DNA of 64,000 bases, taken from an uncultured Alphaproteobacteria bacterium (lineage in GTDB: Bacteria > Pseudomonadota > Alphaproteobacteria > Rhodobacterales > Rhodobacteraceae). The notes under the pieces were generated by a model. That model was not told where the DNA came from, made no database searches, and worked only from the letters and a program-made list of their open reading frames with translations. A program made the position numbers and the translations under genes. Positions 37,384-48,557 of this stretch are shown here, piece by piece. The number at the start of each line of letters is the position of its first letter. Position 1 is the first letter of the stretch. The DNA is taken from positions 1,080,838 to 1,144,837 of the forward strand of contig CAVPZT010000006.1 of the NCBI GenBank assembly GCA_963710285.1, written 5' to 3'.

Positions 37384-39797
37384 GCGTCGCGAAACCCCTT
37401 CCCCACGATTCCGGCGCGCTGCATGTCACGGGGCGTGCGCGCTATATCGACGATGTGCCGCTGCCGGCGAACACGCTGCACCTGGCCTTCGGCCTGTCGA
37501 CTGTCGCGCATGGCGAGATCGTGTCGATGGACCTGTCGGACGTGCGACGGCGCCGGGCGTGTCGCGGTCTGGACGGCCGGAGGACCTGCCCTTCGCCAAC
37601 GATGTCTCGCCCTCGATCCATGACGAGCCGCTGCTGGCGACCGGCACGGTTCATTACGTCGGCCAGCCGGTCTTTCTCGTCGTGGCCGAAAGCCACCTTG
37701 CCGCGCGAAAGGCGGCGCGGCTGGGAAAGATCGAATACCGCGAGTTGCCCGCGCTCCTGACCGTCGATCAGGCGCTGGCGGCCGGCAGCCGTTTTGAAGG
37801 CGGGCCGGTGATCTGGGCCAAGGGCGACGCCGCGGCGGCGATCGCGCAGGCGCCGCGCGTCGTCGAGGGCCGCTTCGACATGGGCGGGCAGGAGCACTTC
37901 TATCTCGAAGGCCAGGCGGCCTTGGCGCTGCCCGCCGAGGGCGGCGTGGTGGTGCAATCCTCGACCCAGCATCCGACCGAGATCCAGCACAAGGTGGCCG
38001 AGGCGATCGGTCTGCCGATGAACGCGGTCCGGGTCGAATGCCGCCGCATGGGCGGCGGGTTCGGCGGCAAGGAAAGCCAGGGCAACGCGCTGGCGGTATC
38101 CTGCGCGCTGGTGGCGCATCTCATCGGGCGGCCGGCCAAGATGCGCTATGACCGCGACGACGACATGATCATCACCGGCAAGCGGCATGATTTCCGCATC
38201 GAATACCGCGCCGGGGTCGACGATGAGGGGCGCATCCTCGGGGTCGAGTTCCTGCATCTGGCGCGCTGCGGCTGGTCGCAGGATCTGTCGCTGCCGGTCG
38301 CCGACCGGGCGATGCTGCATTCCGACAATGCCTATAACCTGGATCATGTGCGGATCGAGAGCCACCGGCTGAAGACCAACACCCAATCCGCCACCGCCTA
38401 TCGCGGTTTCGGCGGGCCCGCAGGGGATGCTCGGCATCGAGCGGGCGATGGATCATATCGCCCATGCGCTGCGGCTCGACCCGCTTTCGGTTCGTCGGGT
38501 GAATTTCTATGCGGAGATGTCGGATGCCTCCGGCGGAGGTATTTCGGGCAATGTGAATGAGGGGACGAGTTGCCCGTTCCGCCCGGCGCGGATGCGACAT
38601 CGCGCGGAGCAGCGGCCTTGGTGAAGGGAACGGCGGCGGCGCAGCCAAAGGGCGTGCAGACGACGCCCTATCACATGCCGGTCGAGGATTTCATCCTGCA
38701 CGGCTGGTCGCCGAAGCCTTGGAGAAATCGAGCGATTTCGCGGCGCGCAAGGCAGCGGTGGCGGACATGGAATGCCATCAATCCGATCCTGAAGAAGGGG
38801 ATCGCGCTGACGCCGGTGAAGTTCGGAATTTCCTTCACGCTGACCCATCTCAATCAGGCGGGCGCGCTGGTGCATGTCTATCAGGACGGCTCGATCCATC
38901 TGAACCACGGCGGGACCGAGATGGGTCAGGGCCTGTTCCGCAAGGTGGCGCAGGTGGCGGCGGCGTGCTTTGGCGTCGATGCGTCGGTCGGTCGCAGATC
39001 ACCGCGACGGATACGGGCAAGGTGCCGAACACCTCCGCGACTGCGGCCTCGTCGGGGTCCGACCTGAACGGCATGGCCGTCAAGGCGGCCTGCGACACGA
39101 TCCGGGACCGGATGGCGGAGCATCTGGCGCGCGAGCATCAGACGGTGCCGGCGAAGGTGCATTTCGAGGAGGGTCGGGTCTTTGTCGGCGGCGACGAGAT
39201 GTCTTTCGCGGAGGCGGCGGCGCGCTGCTACCAGGGGCGGGTGAGCCTGTCCTCGACCGGCTTCTACGCGACGCCGAAGCTGAGCTGGGACCGGATGGCG
39301 GGGCGCGGGCGGCCGTTCTACTACTTCGCCTATGGCGCGGCGGTGACCGAGGTCGTGATCGACACGCTGACCGGCGAGAACCGCATCCTGCGGGTCGATA
39401 TCCTGCACGATTGCGGGACATCGCCTGAACCCGGCGATCGATATCGGCCAGATCGAGGGCGGCTATCGTGCAGGGCGCGGGCTGGCTGACGACGGAGGAA
39501 CTGGTCTGGGACGACAAGGGGCGGCTTCGGACCCATGCGCCCTCGACCTACAAGATCCCGGCCTGTTCGGACCGGCCGCGCGTCTTCAACGTGGCGCTCT
39601 GGGACGGGCGGAACCGGGAGGAGACGATCTATCGGTCGAAGGCGGTGGGCGAGCCGCCGTTCATGCTCGGGATTTCGGTCTTCTCGGCGCTTGCCGATGC
39701 CTGCGCGGCTTGCGGGCCGCACTTCCCCGACCTGCAGGCGCCCGCGACGGCGGAGGCTGTGCTGGCGGCGGTGAAGCGGGCACGGGGGTCGGCATGA
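37380..39797 (+). pseudogene. xdhB: xanthine dehydrogenase molybdopterin-binding subunit, at least 8 frame switches
   Basis: Motifs present: [18 protein letters not shown].., [10 protein letters not shown], ..GTEMGQGLFRKVAQV.., ..YKIPACSDRP..VGEPPFML... The fragments lie in ORFs 37335.., 37423.., 36314.., 38427.., 38570.., 38557.. and 39468... Confidence 0.9.
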
Positions 39798-40697
39798 GCT
39801 TCGACCAGGACATGATGGCTCGACTGATCGCCGCGCATGGCGCGGTCGTGCGGGTCGTCGTGGCCGAGATCGCCGGATCGACCCCGCGCGAGGCGGGGGC
39901 AGCGATGGTCGTCTGGGCCGGCGGACAGGAGGGCACGATCGGCGGCGGGGCGCTGGAATACGAGGCTGCGGCGCGGGCGCGGGCGATGCTGCGCGGAGTG
40001 CGGCGACAGGCTCGACCGGATGGCACTTGGGCCGCGGCTCAACCAGTGCTGCGGCGGGGCGGTCACGTGCTGTCGGAGGTCTGGGACACTGCGCGGCTTC
40101 GGGGTATCGACGGCACCGTCGTGGCGCGGCCCCTGCCCGGCTCCAGCAATGAGATGCCGCTGGCGGTCAAGCGCATCCTTCAGCGGGCGCGGGGCGAAGG
40201 CTTCCGGCCGGCGGCGCGGACGCTGCAGGGCTGGATGGTGGAGCCGGTGTCTGCGCCGGAGCGCGAGATCTGGATCTGGGGTGCGGGCCATGTGGGCCGG
40301 GCGCTGGTGTCGGTGCTGGCCCCCTTGCCCGGCTTGCGGCTGACATGGATCGACACCGATGCGGCGCGGTTCCCTGAGGTGCCGAGCGGGCGTGACGCAG
40401 CGGATCGCGGCCAATCCCGCCGATCTGGTGGCCGAAGCGCCGGAAGCGGCGGAGCATCTGGTTCTGACCTTCTCCCACGCGCTCGATCTCGAGCTTTGCC
40501 ACCGGCTTCTGCGGCACGGGTTCGGCACGCTCGGCCTGATCGGCTCGGCGACGAAATGGGCGCGGTTCCGGTCGCGGCTTGCCGCGCTCGGCCACTCGGC
40601 CGCGACAGATTTCGCGCATCCGCTGCCCGATCGGCGAGCCGGAGCCTGGGAAAGCATCCGCAGGCGATTGCGGTCGGCGTCGCAGCCGACCTACTGA
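39794..40697 (+). pseudogene. xdhC: xanthine dehydrogenase accessory protein XdhC, at least 2 frame switches; 3' end uncertain
   Basis: ATGA overlap with xdhB. Recognisable stretches are ..VVAEIAGSTPREAGAAMVVW.., ..IWIWGAGHVGRALV.., ..LIGSATKWARF.. in ORFs 39710.. and 40359... Confidence 0.75.
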
Positions 40698-40738
40698 CGA
40701 CACAAAGGCAAACAGAACGAAACAGGGAGTGCGACGGC

Positions 40739-42282
40739 ATGACAAGGGACGTACTGCTGAGCCTTGAGGGGATCAGCAAGATCCTATCCCGGCGTGAAGG
40801 CCAATGACGACGTGTCGTTCACCATCGGCGCGGGCGAGGTCCATGCGCTTCTGGGCGAGAACGGCGCGGGCAAGTCGACGCTGGTGAAGATGATCTACGG
40901 CCTCGTCAAGCCCGGACGAGGGCCGGATGACGCTGCGCGGCACGGCCTATGCGCCGGCCGAACCGCGCGAGGCGCGGGCCGTCGGCGTGGCGATGGTGTT
41001 CCAGCATTTCAGCCTGTTCGACGCCCTGAACGTGGCCGAGAACGTGGCGCTTGGCATGGACAACCCGCCGCCGATGCGGGAACTGGCGGGGCGTATCCGC
41101 GAGGTGTCCGAAGGCTACGGCCTGCCTCTCGACCCGTCGCGGCTGGTCGGCGATCTGTCCGCCGGTGAGCGCCAGCGGGTGGAGATCGTGCGCTGCCTGC
41201 TTGCAGGACCCGAAGCTGCTGATCATGGACGAGCCGACGAGCGTCCTGACGCCGCAGGAGGTGAACATCCTCTTCGGCACGCTGCGCCAGCTGGCGGCGG
41301 AGGGGACGTCGATCCTCTACATCAGCCACAAGCTGGAAGAGATAAAGGCGCTCTGCGACGAGGCGACGATCCTGCGGCGCGGCAAGGTCGTCGGCACCTG
41401 CACCCCGCGCGAGAAATCGGCGCGCGAGATGGCCGAGATGATGGTGGGCGCGACGCTGAATCCGCCGGAACGGGCCGCGGCGGAGCTGGGGCCGGTGGCG
41501 CTGAAGGTGCAGAGGCTGTCCGTCGCCTCGCCCAGCGCCTTCGGCACAAGCCTGAAAGACGATCGAGCTTCGAGGTGCGGCAGGGCGAGGTTCTGGGCAT
41601 CGGCGGGGTCGCCGGGAACGGGCAGGATGAGTTGCTGCTGGCGCTGTCGGGCGAGTTGCGGACGGCGCCGCGACACGGTGCAGATCCACGGCCGCGGCAT
41701 CGGCGATCATCGGGCCGAATGAGCGGCCGCAGCGATGGGGTCTGCACCGCGCCCGAGGAACGGCTGGGCCATGCCGCCGCACCGGACATGAGCCTGATGG
41801 AAAACGCGCTTCTGTCGGCGTCGGTGCGCAAGCACCTGACAAAGAAGGGGTTCATCGACTGGCCAAAGACCAAGGCCTTTGCCGAGGACGTGGTCGAGAC
41901 CTTCGACGTGCGCACGCCCGGGATTGGCACGGCGGCGCGGGCGCTTTCGGGCGGGAACCTGCAGAAATTCGTGCTTGGCCGCGAGATCATGCAGGAGCCG
42001 GAGGTGATCGTCGTCAACCAGCCGACCTGGGGCGTCGATGCGGCGGCGGCGGCCTTCATCCGGCAGGCGCTGCTCGACCGCGCCTCGAAGGGGGCGGCGG
42101 TCGTGGTGATCAGTCAGGATATCGACGAGATCATGGAGATCGCCGACCGCTTCGCGGCCCTGAACGAAGGGCGGCTGTCCGCGCCGGTGCCGACGAAGGG
42201 ACTGACGATCGACCAGATTGGCCTGATGCTGGGCGGGGCGCATGGCATGCAGGAAGCGGAGGTGCACCATGCTCATTCTTGA
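40739..42282 (+). pseudogene. ABC transporter ATP-binding protein with two ATPase domains (BMP/nucleoside-type system), at least 6 frame switches
   Basis: Motifs present: [54 protein letters not shown]. The fragments lie in ORFs 39710.., 40764.., 40927.. and 41051... Confidence 0.85.
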
Positions 42283-43364
42283 AAAACGCCCGACACCGTC
42301 GCGGTTCTGGGCATGGGGCACGCCGTTCCTTGCGGTGATTCTGACGATGATCGCGGGCGGGATGATGTTCGCCATGCTGGGCAAGGACCCGTTCGTGGCG
42401 ATCCGGACGATCTTCTGGGATCCGTTGTTCGGCGAGTTCGCTGGCTATCTGCGCGGGCAGCTTCTGGTGAAGGCGGGGCCGCTGATCCTGATCGCCGTCG
42501 GCCTTGTCGCTGGGGTTTCGCGCCGGCATCTGGAATATCGGCGCCGAGGGGCAATACATCATGGGCGCGATCTTTGGCGCCGGCGGTCGGGCTTGCCGTC
42601 TATCCGACGGAAAGCCGGTGGATCTTTCCGCTGATGATGTCGGCCGGCGCCTTCGGCGGCTGGCTCTGGGCGATGATCCCGGCGATTCTGAAGACGCAGT
42701 TCAACACCAATGAGATTCTCGTTTCGCTGATGCTGGTCTATGTGGCCGAGAACGATCCTGTCCAAGGCCGCGATCGGGTTCTTGCGCAATCCCGAAGGCG
42801 GCGGCTTTCCGGGCAGCCGCAACTTTTCGACCTATCCGGCGGCGCGAATCCGGAGCTGATCGCCGGGCACCGGGCATGCACTGGGGCGTCGTCGCCGCCT
42901 TCATCGCGGTGATCGCGGCCTATATCCTGTTGCAGCGCCATATCCTTGGCTTTCAGATCAAGCTGGCCGGGCAGGCACCGCGTGCGGCGCGCTTTGCCGG
43001 CGTCAGCCCGGACAAGCTCGTGGTGCTCTGCATGGGGATTTCGGGCGCGCTTGCCGGTCTTGCCGGGACTTTTCGAGGTGACGGGCCCGGCGGGGCAGAT
43101 CTCCATCGATTTCAACGTCGGGCTACGGCTTTACCGCGATTATCGTGGCCTTCCTCGGCCGGCTGAACCCGATCGGCATCTTGCTGGCCGGCGCTCCTCA
43201 TGGCGCTGACCTATGTCGGCGGCGAAATGGCCGCGACCAATCTCGGCCTGCCCTCGGCCGCGATCCAGGCGTTCCAGGGGATGCTGCTGTTCTTCCTGCT
43301 GGCGGTGGACCTTCTGTCCAACTACCGCATCCGGCTTCGATGCTTCATGAAGGAGGCCCGCTGA
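42269..43364 (+). pseudogene. ABC transporter permease (BMP-type system), multiple frame switches
   Basis: A hydrophobic protein starting MLILEKRPTPSRFWAWGTPFLAVILTMIAGG, scattered over ORFs 42242.., 42313.., 42504.., 42876.. and 42946... It ends ..SNYRIRL..-TGA, overlapping the next ATG at 43364. Confidence 0.75.
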
Positions 43365-44302
43365 TGGATTTCTACGGGATCAATCCGGCGGTTCTGATCG
43401 CCTCGCTCATGGTGGCCTCGGTGCCGATCATGCTGGCGGCAATCGGCGAGCTGGTCGTCGAAAAGGCCGGCGTCCTGAACCTCGGGGTCGAGGGGATGAT
43501 GATCATGGGCGCGATCTGCGGCTTCATCACCGCCGTCGAGACCGGCAGCCCGCTTCTGGGCTTTCTCGGCGGGGCGGCGGGGGCGGCGGCGCTGAGCCTG
43601 ATCTTCGTCGTGCTGACCCAGATCTTCCTGGCCAATCAGGTGGCGACCGGTCTTGCGCTGACGCTGTTCGGGCTCGGCCTGTCGAGCCTGATCGGGCAAG
43701 GCTATAACGGCATCAAGCCGCCGCGCACCGGGGTCGTGCCGTTTGGCCCCTTGGCGGATATTCCCTTCTTCGGGCGGGTTCTCTTCACCCATGACTGGAT
43801 GGTCTATGGCTCCGATCGCCGTGATCGCGCGCGGTCTGGGCGGTGCTGAAATACAGCCGCGCCGGGCTGATCCTGCGCGCGGTCGGCGAAAACCACGACG
43901 CGGCCCATGCGCTTGGCTACAAGGTCATGCGCATCCGGATTCTGGCGATCCTGTTCGGCGGCGCGATGGCGGGGCTGGGCGGCGCCTACGTCAGCCTTGT
44001 GCGCGTGCCGCAATGGACCGACGGAATCACCGCGGGCGCGGGCTGGATCGCGCTGGCCATCGTGGTCTTTGCCAGCTGGAAACCGTGGCGCGTGCTGATC
44101 GGCGCCTATCTTTTCGGCGGGATCACGGTGCTTGCAGCTGAATCTTCAGGCGGCGGGTGTCCCGGATTCCGGTCGAGTACTTGTCGATGTCGCCCTATCT
44201 GATAACCATCCTCGTGCTGGTCATCATGTCGTCGGGCCGGGGCCGGGCGTGCGCTGAACGCGCCCGCCGGCCTCGGGCCAGAATTTCCACGCCTCGCGCT
44301 GA
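43364..44302 (+). pseudogene. ABC transporter permease (BMP-type system), at least 2 frame switches
   Basis: MDFYGINPAVLIASLMVASVPIMLAAIGELVVEKAGVLNLGVEGMM.. (ORF 43145..), then ORFs 43843.. and 44157... It ends ..GQNFHASR-TGA. Confidence 0.8.
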
Positions 44303-44353
44303 GGCCAAAATCAACCGGGGCGGCGAACGCCCCATCCAACGGGAGAGTACGAT

Positions 44354-45454
44354 ATGAACAGAAGAACATTGCTGGCCACCGCCGCCCTCGGCCTTGGCGC
44401 TCGAGCTTCGGCGGCGGCGCGCCGCGGCGCGGCATGGACAAGGTCAAGGCCTGCTTCGTCTATGTCGGCCCGATCGGCGACGGCGGCTGGACCTATCAGC
44501 ACGATCAGGGCCGGCTGGCCGTCGATCGAGGAGTTCGGCGACAAGGTCGAGCACCACCTATCAGGAGAACGTGCCGGAAGGTGCGGATGCCGAGCGGGTG
44601 CTGACCCAGATGGCGCTTGGCGGCTGCAACATCATCTTCACCACCTCCTTCGGCTACATGGATGCGACCAATGCCGTTGCCGCCAAGTTCCCGAATGTGA
44701 AGTTCGAACATGCCACCGGCTATCAAGCGCGATCATCCCAACGTCTCGACCTACAACGCGCGCTTCTACGAAGGTCGCGCGGTCGAGGGCACGATCGCGG
44801 GCCGGATGACCAAGTCGAACAAGATCGGCTATATCGCGTCCTTCCCGATCCCCGAAGTGATCGATGGGCATCAACTCCTATTACCTCCACGCCAAGAAGG
44901 TGAACCCGGATGTCGAGCTGACCGTGGTCTGGGCCTATACCTGGTTCGACCCGGCGAAAGAGGCCGATGCCGCCAAGGCGATGATCGAACAGGGCGTCGA
45001 CGTGATCGCAGCCCATACCGATTCGACCGCACCTCTGGCAGAGGCGGCGAAGGCGAATGGCGCGGTGATCGGCTTTGGGCAGGCATCGGACATGGCGGAG
45101 TACAAGCCCTCCCCGCGCGTCACGTCGATCATCGACAACTGGGGCGCCCTACTATGTCGAGCGCGTCGGCGCGCTTCTGGACGGCACCTATGAGCAGGCC
45201 GATACCTGGGCAGGGCATCACGGGCGGCGAAGTGCTGATCGGCGAGATCACCGATGCGGTTCCCGCCGATGTGAAGGCCGAAGCCGAGAAGCTGCGCGAC
45301 GCCATTGCGGCGGGCACCTATCACCCGTTCACCGGCCCGATCAACAAGCAGGACGGCTCTGCCTGGCTGGCCGAGGGCGCAGACTGCGCCGGATGGCGAC
45401 CTCCTGGGCATGAACTTCTATGTCGAGGGCATCAGCGGCGATATTCCGCAGTAA
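44354..45454 (+). pseudogene. BMP-family (PnrA/Med-like) ABC substrate-binding lipoprotein, multiple frame switches
   Basis: MNRRTLLATAALGLG.., ..KACFVYVGPIGDGGWTYQHDQG.., ..IIFTTSFGYMDA.., ..SFPIPEV.., ..NFYVEGISGDIPQ-TAA. The fragments lie in ORFs 44354.., 44394.., 44710.., 44864.. and 45075... Confidence 0.8.
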
Positions 45455-45475
45455 GCGGCACGACCGCGTCTTTCA

Positions 45476-45511
45476 GGCCGGTCCGGACATTCCGGGCCGG
45501 TCTTTTCTTTT
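45476..45511 (+). terminator. rho-independent terminator after the ABC operon
   Basis: GGCCGGTCCGGA-cat-TCCGGGCCGGTC (10/12 paired) followed by TTTTCTTTT. Confidence 0.7.
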
Positions 45512-45544
45512 GCTGCATGGCCCTGCCTTGATCTGAAGTCATAG

Positions 45545-45568
45545 ACATATTCCAAAAGTATAATATGT
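45545..45568. promoter_or_regulatory. inverted repeat ACATATT-N10-AATATGT in the AT-rich sqr leader (candidate repressor operator)
   Basis: Read directly from the sequence, about 50-70 nt upstream of the sqr ATG. The surrounding 100 bp is far less GC-rich than the rest of the window. Confidence 0.4.
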
Positions 45569-45615
45569 ATACAGTGGAGGACCGGCAGTGAGTCGGGTGG
45601 CAGGAGGATCACAGC

Positions 45616-46902
45616 ATGGCGCATATCGTTGTTCTCGGCGCAGGGCTTGGCGGGTCGATCATGGCCTATGAGCTCGCCGACCAGATCAGGAAGGAAGACC
45701 GGATCACGGTCGTCACCAAGGATACCAACTATCACTTCGTTCCGTCGAACCCTTGGATCGCGGTCGGCTGGCGGGATCGCAAGGACATCTCCATCGACCT
45801 CGCCGAGACGATGCGGAAGAAGAATATCGACTTCAAGACGGTTGCCGCGAAGAGGGTACATCCGGAAGAAAACCGGATGGAATTGGTCGACGGCGCATCG
45901 CTCGACTACGACTACCTCATCATCGCCACCGGACCAGAACTGGCCTTCGACGAGATCGAGGGACTCGGCCCGCATGGTGGCTTCACCCAGTCGATCTGCC
46001 ATATCGATCACGCTGAAAAAGCGCATGACGCTTTCGAGGAATTCTGCAAAAACCCCGGCCCGATCATCATTGGCGCGGTTCAGGGTGCTTCGTGCTTCGG
46101 CCCGGCCTACGAGTTCACCTTTATCCTCGACACCGAGCTTCGCAGGCGGAAGATCCGCGACAAGGTGCCGATGACCTTCGTGACCTCGGAGCCCTATATC
46201 GGGCATCTCGGCCTCGACGGCGTGGGCGATACCAAGGGCCTTCTCGAGTCGGAACTTCGCAATCATCACATCAAGTGGATGACTTCGACCCGCGTGAAGA
46301 AGGTCGAGGCCGGCAAGATGATGGTCGAGGAGATCGCCGATGACGGCTCGGTCAAGGCCGAGAAGGAACTGCCCTTCGGTTTTTCGATGATGCTGCCGGC
46401 CTTCCGGGGCGTCGATGCGGTGAAGGGGATCGAGGGGCTTGCCAATCCGCGCGGCTTCACCATCGTCGACAAACATCAGCGCAACACGAAATATCCCAAC
46501 ATCTTCTCGATCGGCGTCTGTGTCGCGATCCCGCCGATGGGGCCGACGCCGGTGCCCTGCGGCGTGCCGAAGACCGGCTTCATGATCGAAAGCATGGTCA
46601 CGGCGACCGCCCACAACCTCGGCCAGGTGCTGCGCGGGCAGGAGCCGGACAATGTCGGCACCTGGAACGCCGTCTGCCTCGCCGATTTCGGCGACAGCGG
46701 CGTGGCCTTCGTGGCCCAGCCGCAGATCCCGCCGCGCAACGTCAACTGGGCATCTTCGGGCAAGTGGGTTCACCTCGCCAAGGTCGCGTTCGAGAAATAC
46801 TTCATCCACAAGGTCAGGAAGGGCACCAGCGAGCCCTATTATGAAAAGGCGATGATGAAGATGATCGGGATCGAGAAGCTCAAGGAAGTCCGCAAGGGCT
46901 GA
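45616..46902 (+). CDS. sqr: sulfide:quinone oxidoreductase (type I SQR)
   Basis: The intact 428-aa ORF MAHIVVLGAGLGGSIMAYEL..HFVPSNPW..ASCFGPAYEF..VCVAIPP..CGVPKTGFMIE.. is essentially colinear with the Rhodobacter capsulatus Sqr sequence as I remember it. Confidence 0.93.
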   Translation: MAHIVVLGAGLGGSIMAYELADQIRKEDRITVVTKDTNYHFVPSNPWIAVGWRDRKDISIDLAETMRKKNIDFKTVAAKRVHPEENRMELVDGASLDYDYLIIATGPELAFDEIEGLGPHGGFTQSICHIDHAEKAHDAFEEFCKNPGPIIIGAVQGASCFGPAYEFTFILDTELRRRKIRDKVPMTFVTSEPYIGHLGLDGVGDTKGLLESELRNHHIKWMTSTRVKKVEAGKMMVEEIADDGSVKAEKELPFGFSMMLPAFRGVDAVKGIEGLANPRGFTIVDKHQRNTKYPNIFSIGVCVAIPPMGPTPVPCGVPKTGFMIESMVTATAHNLGQVLRGQEPDNVGTWNAVCLADFGDSGVAFVAQPQIPPRNVNWASSGKWVHLAKVAFEKYFIHKVRKGTSEPYYEKAMMKMIGIEKLKEVRKG

Positions 46903-46950
46903 GGCCGCAGCATCGAGCAGCGAGGCCGGCCCGCGCGGGTCGCCCTTTCG

Positions 46951-47830
46951 CTATCTCTGCCCCGCCACATCCTTGTGCACGATCACGTCGCACTGCGGAT
47001 AGGTCTCGATGATCCTGCGGCGCAGGCCCGCGCCGATGGCATGGGCCTCGCGCAGGGTCTGCTCGCCGTCGAGTTCTATGTGGATGTTCACGAAGACCAC
47101 GCTGCCCGCCGTCCGGGTCTTGAGGTCGTGATAACCGCGCACGCCGGGCCAATCCGCAGCGATGCTGCCGATCGCGGCGATCAGTTCGGGATCGGCGCGG
47201 CGGTCCATGAGCGCATCCCAGGCGCCCTTGCCGATCCTGAGTGCGCTGATCACAAGAAAAGCCGCGGCGGCGAGCGCCACGACGCTGTCCACGGTCCCGA
47301 TCCCGAAGTGCTGCGACATCCAGAGCGCGGCGATCGCCCCTACATTCGGGATGAGATCGGACAGGTAGTGCAGGGAATCCGCCGCGACGACGCGGTTGCC
47401 GGTGCGCGCCGCGACCCTGCGCTGCCAGAGGACGAGCGCGAATGTCAGTACGATCGAAACGAGCATCACGGCGATGCCGCGCCCCTGCGCCGCAAGAGTT
47501 GCCGGCGCGCCGGACGATCAGCCGGTCGACGGCGGTCCAGCCGATCACGGCGGCGGATACCAGGATGAAGACGGACTGCGCGAGCGCCGCGAGATCCTCG
47601 GCCGAACTGTGGCCGAAGGCGTGATCCTCGTCCGCCGGGCGCGCCGCGTAGATGATGGCGATGAGCCCGGCAAGCGACATCATCAGGTCGAGCCCGCTGT
47701 CGACCAGCGAGGCCGCGACCGACAGCGACGATGTCATCCCGAGCGCCCAGAGCTTGAGCGCCACGAGCACCAGAGCGACCGTGACCGATGCCGCGCCGGC
47801 AGATAGGTTGAGCGCGCTTCCCCGTGCCAT
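46951..47830 (-). pseudogene. cation diffusion facilitator (CDF) metal efflux transporter, frameshift(s) near 47480-47520
   Basis: The N-terminus (frame of ORF 46880..47830) carries ..SLVDSGLDLMMS..DEDHAFGHSSAEDL... The C-terminus is ORF 46951..47469, carrying ..ADSLHYLSDL.. and a cytoplasmic domain. Confidence 0.8.
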
Positions 47831-47910
47831 CGTCTCGCCCCTGAATCCGAACCTCGGTCTATCTCCTCAGGCCGCTGCGCGAAAGCCCGATCGGACGATC
47901 GGGCCGAGGG

Positions 47911-48441
47911 CTATTCGCGCAGTTCGTCCGGATCGACACCCCAGAGTGATTTCTTCTCGACCCAGCCACGTTCGCCCCCGGCGGTGATCCGGCACCAATC
48001 GGGGACGCATTCGCCGAGTCGGCCGATGACGCCGGATCGCGCCTCGGCGACCTCTTCGGCTTCGGGATCGGGGCGGCTTCGCAGCGTGGTCAGATCAGCT
48101 TCGAACAACACCATCCGCACGCCGGAAATGAGCGTGTAGTGGACCCATCCGCCCTGCCCCTCGTTGTCCTCGACCCGCCGCCAGTTGCCAAATTCGCCGG
48201 TGACCCTCAGCGGCATGTCGCGGTGGCGGAAGATCCAGTCTATGCGGTGTGCGAGGCTCGGACCGCGCCGCGCATTGGCCTCGCCCGCCTTCAGCGAGAC
48301 GTAGCGCGGCAGCGGCAGGTTGGTGACCGGCCCACGAACCTCCTCGGACCAAGCCCGCAGCGGCGCGAGGCCTGAAAGGGCGAGGCCGAGGATCAGGGCG
48401 GCATGGCCGAGGACGCGCCGCCGGGCGCTGAGCGGTTTCAT
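47911..48441 (-). CDS. SH3-like domain-containing periplasmic protein (DUF1058-type)
   Basis: Start at MKPLSARRRVLGHAALILGLALSG (signal peptide), followed by two bacterial SH3-like segments (..RYVSLKAGEANARRGPS.., ..WCRITAGGERGWVEKKSLWGV). Confidence 0.75.
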   Translation of the reverse strand: MKPLSARRRVLGHAALILGLALSGLAPLRAWSEEVRGPVTNLPLPRYVSLKAGEANARRGPSLAHRIDWIFRHRDMPLRVTGEFGNWRRVEDNEGQGGWVHYTLISGVRMVLFEADLTTLRSRPDPEAEEVAEARSGVIGRLGECVPDWCRITAGGERGWVEKKSLWGVDPDELRE

Positions 48442-48557
48442 CTGGGTTTCGCCTGTACTGCCGGGGGGTGACCCCACGTTTCAGGGCTTGTGACTTGCCC
48501 CGTTCGGCTGCACTTTGCCAGTATGAAAGCGCGGAGGGAAGAGAGGAGAGCCATCTC

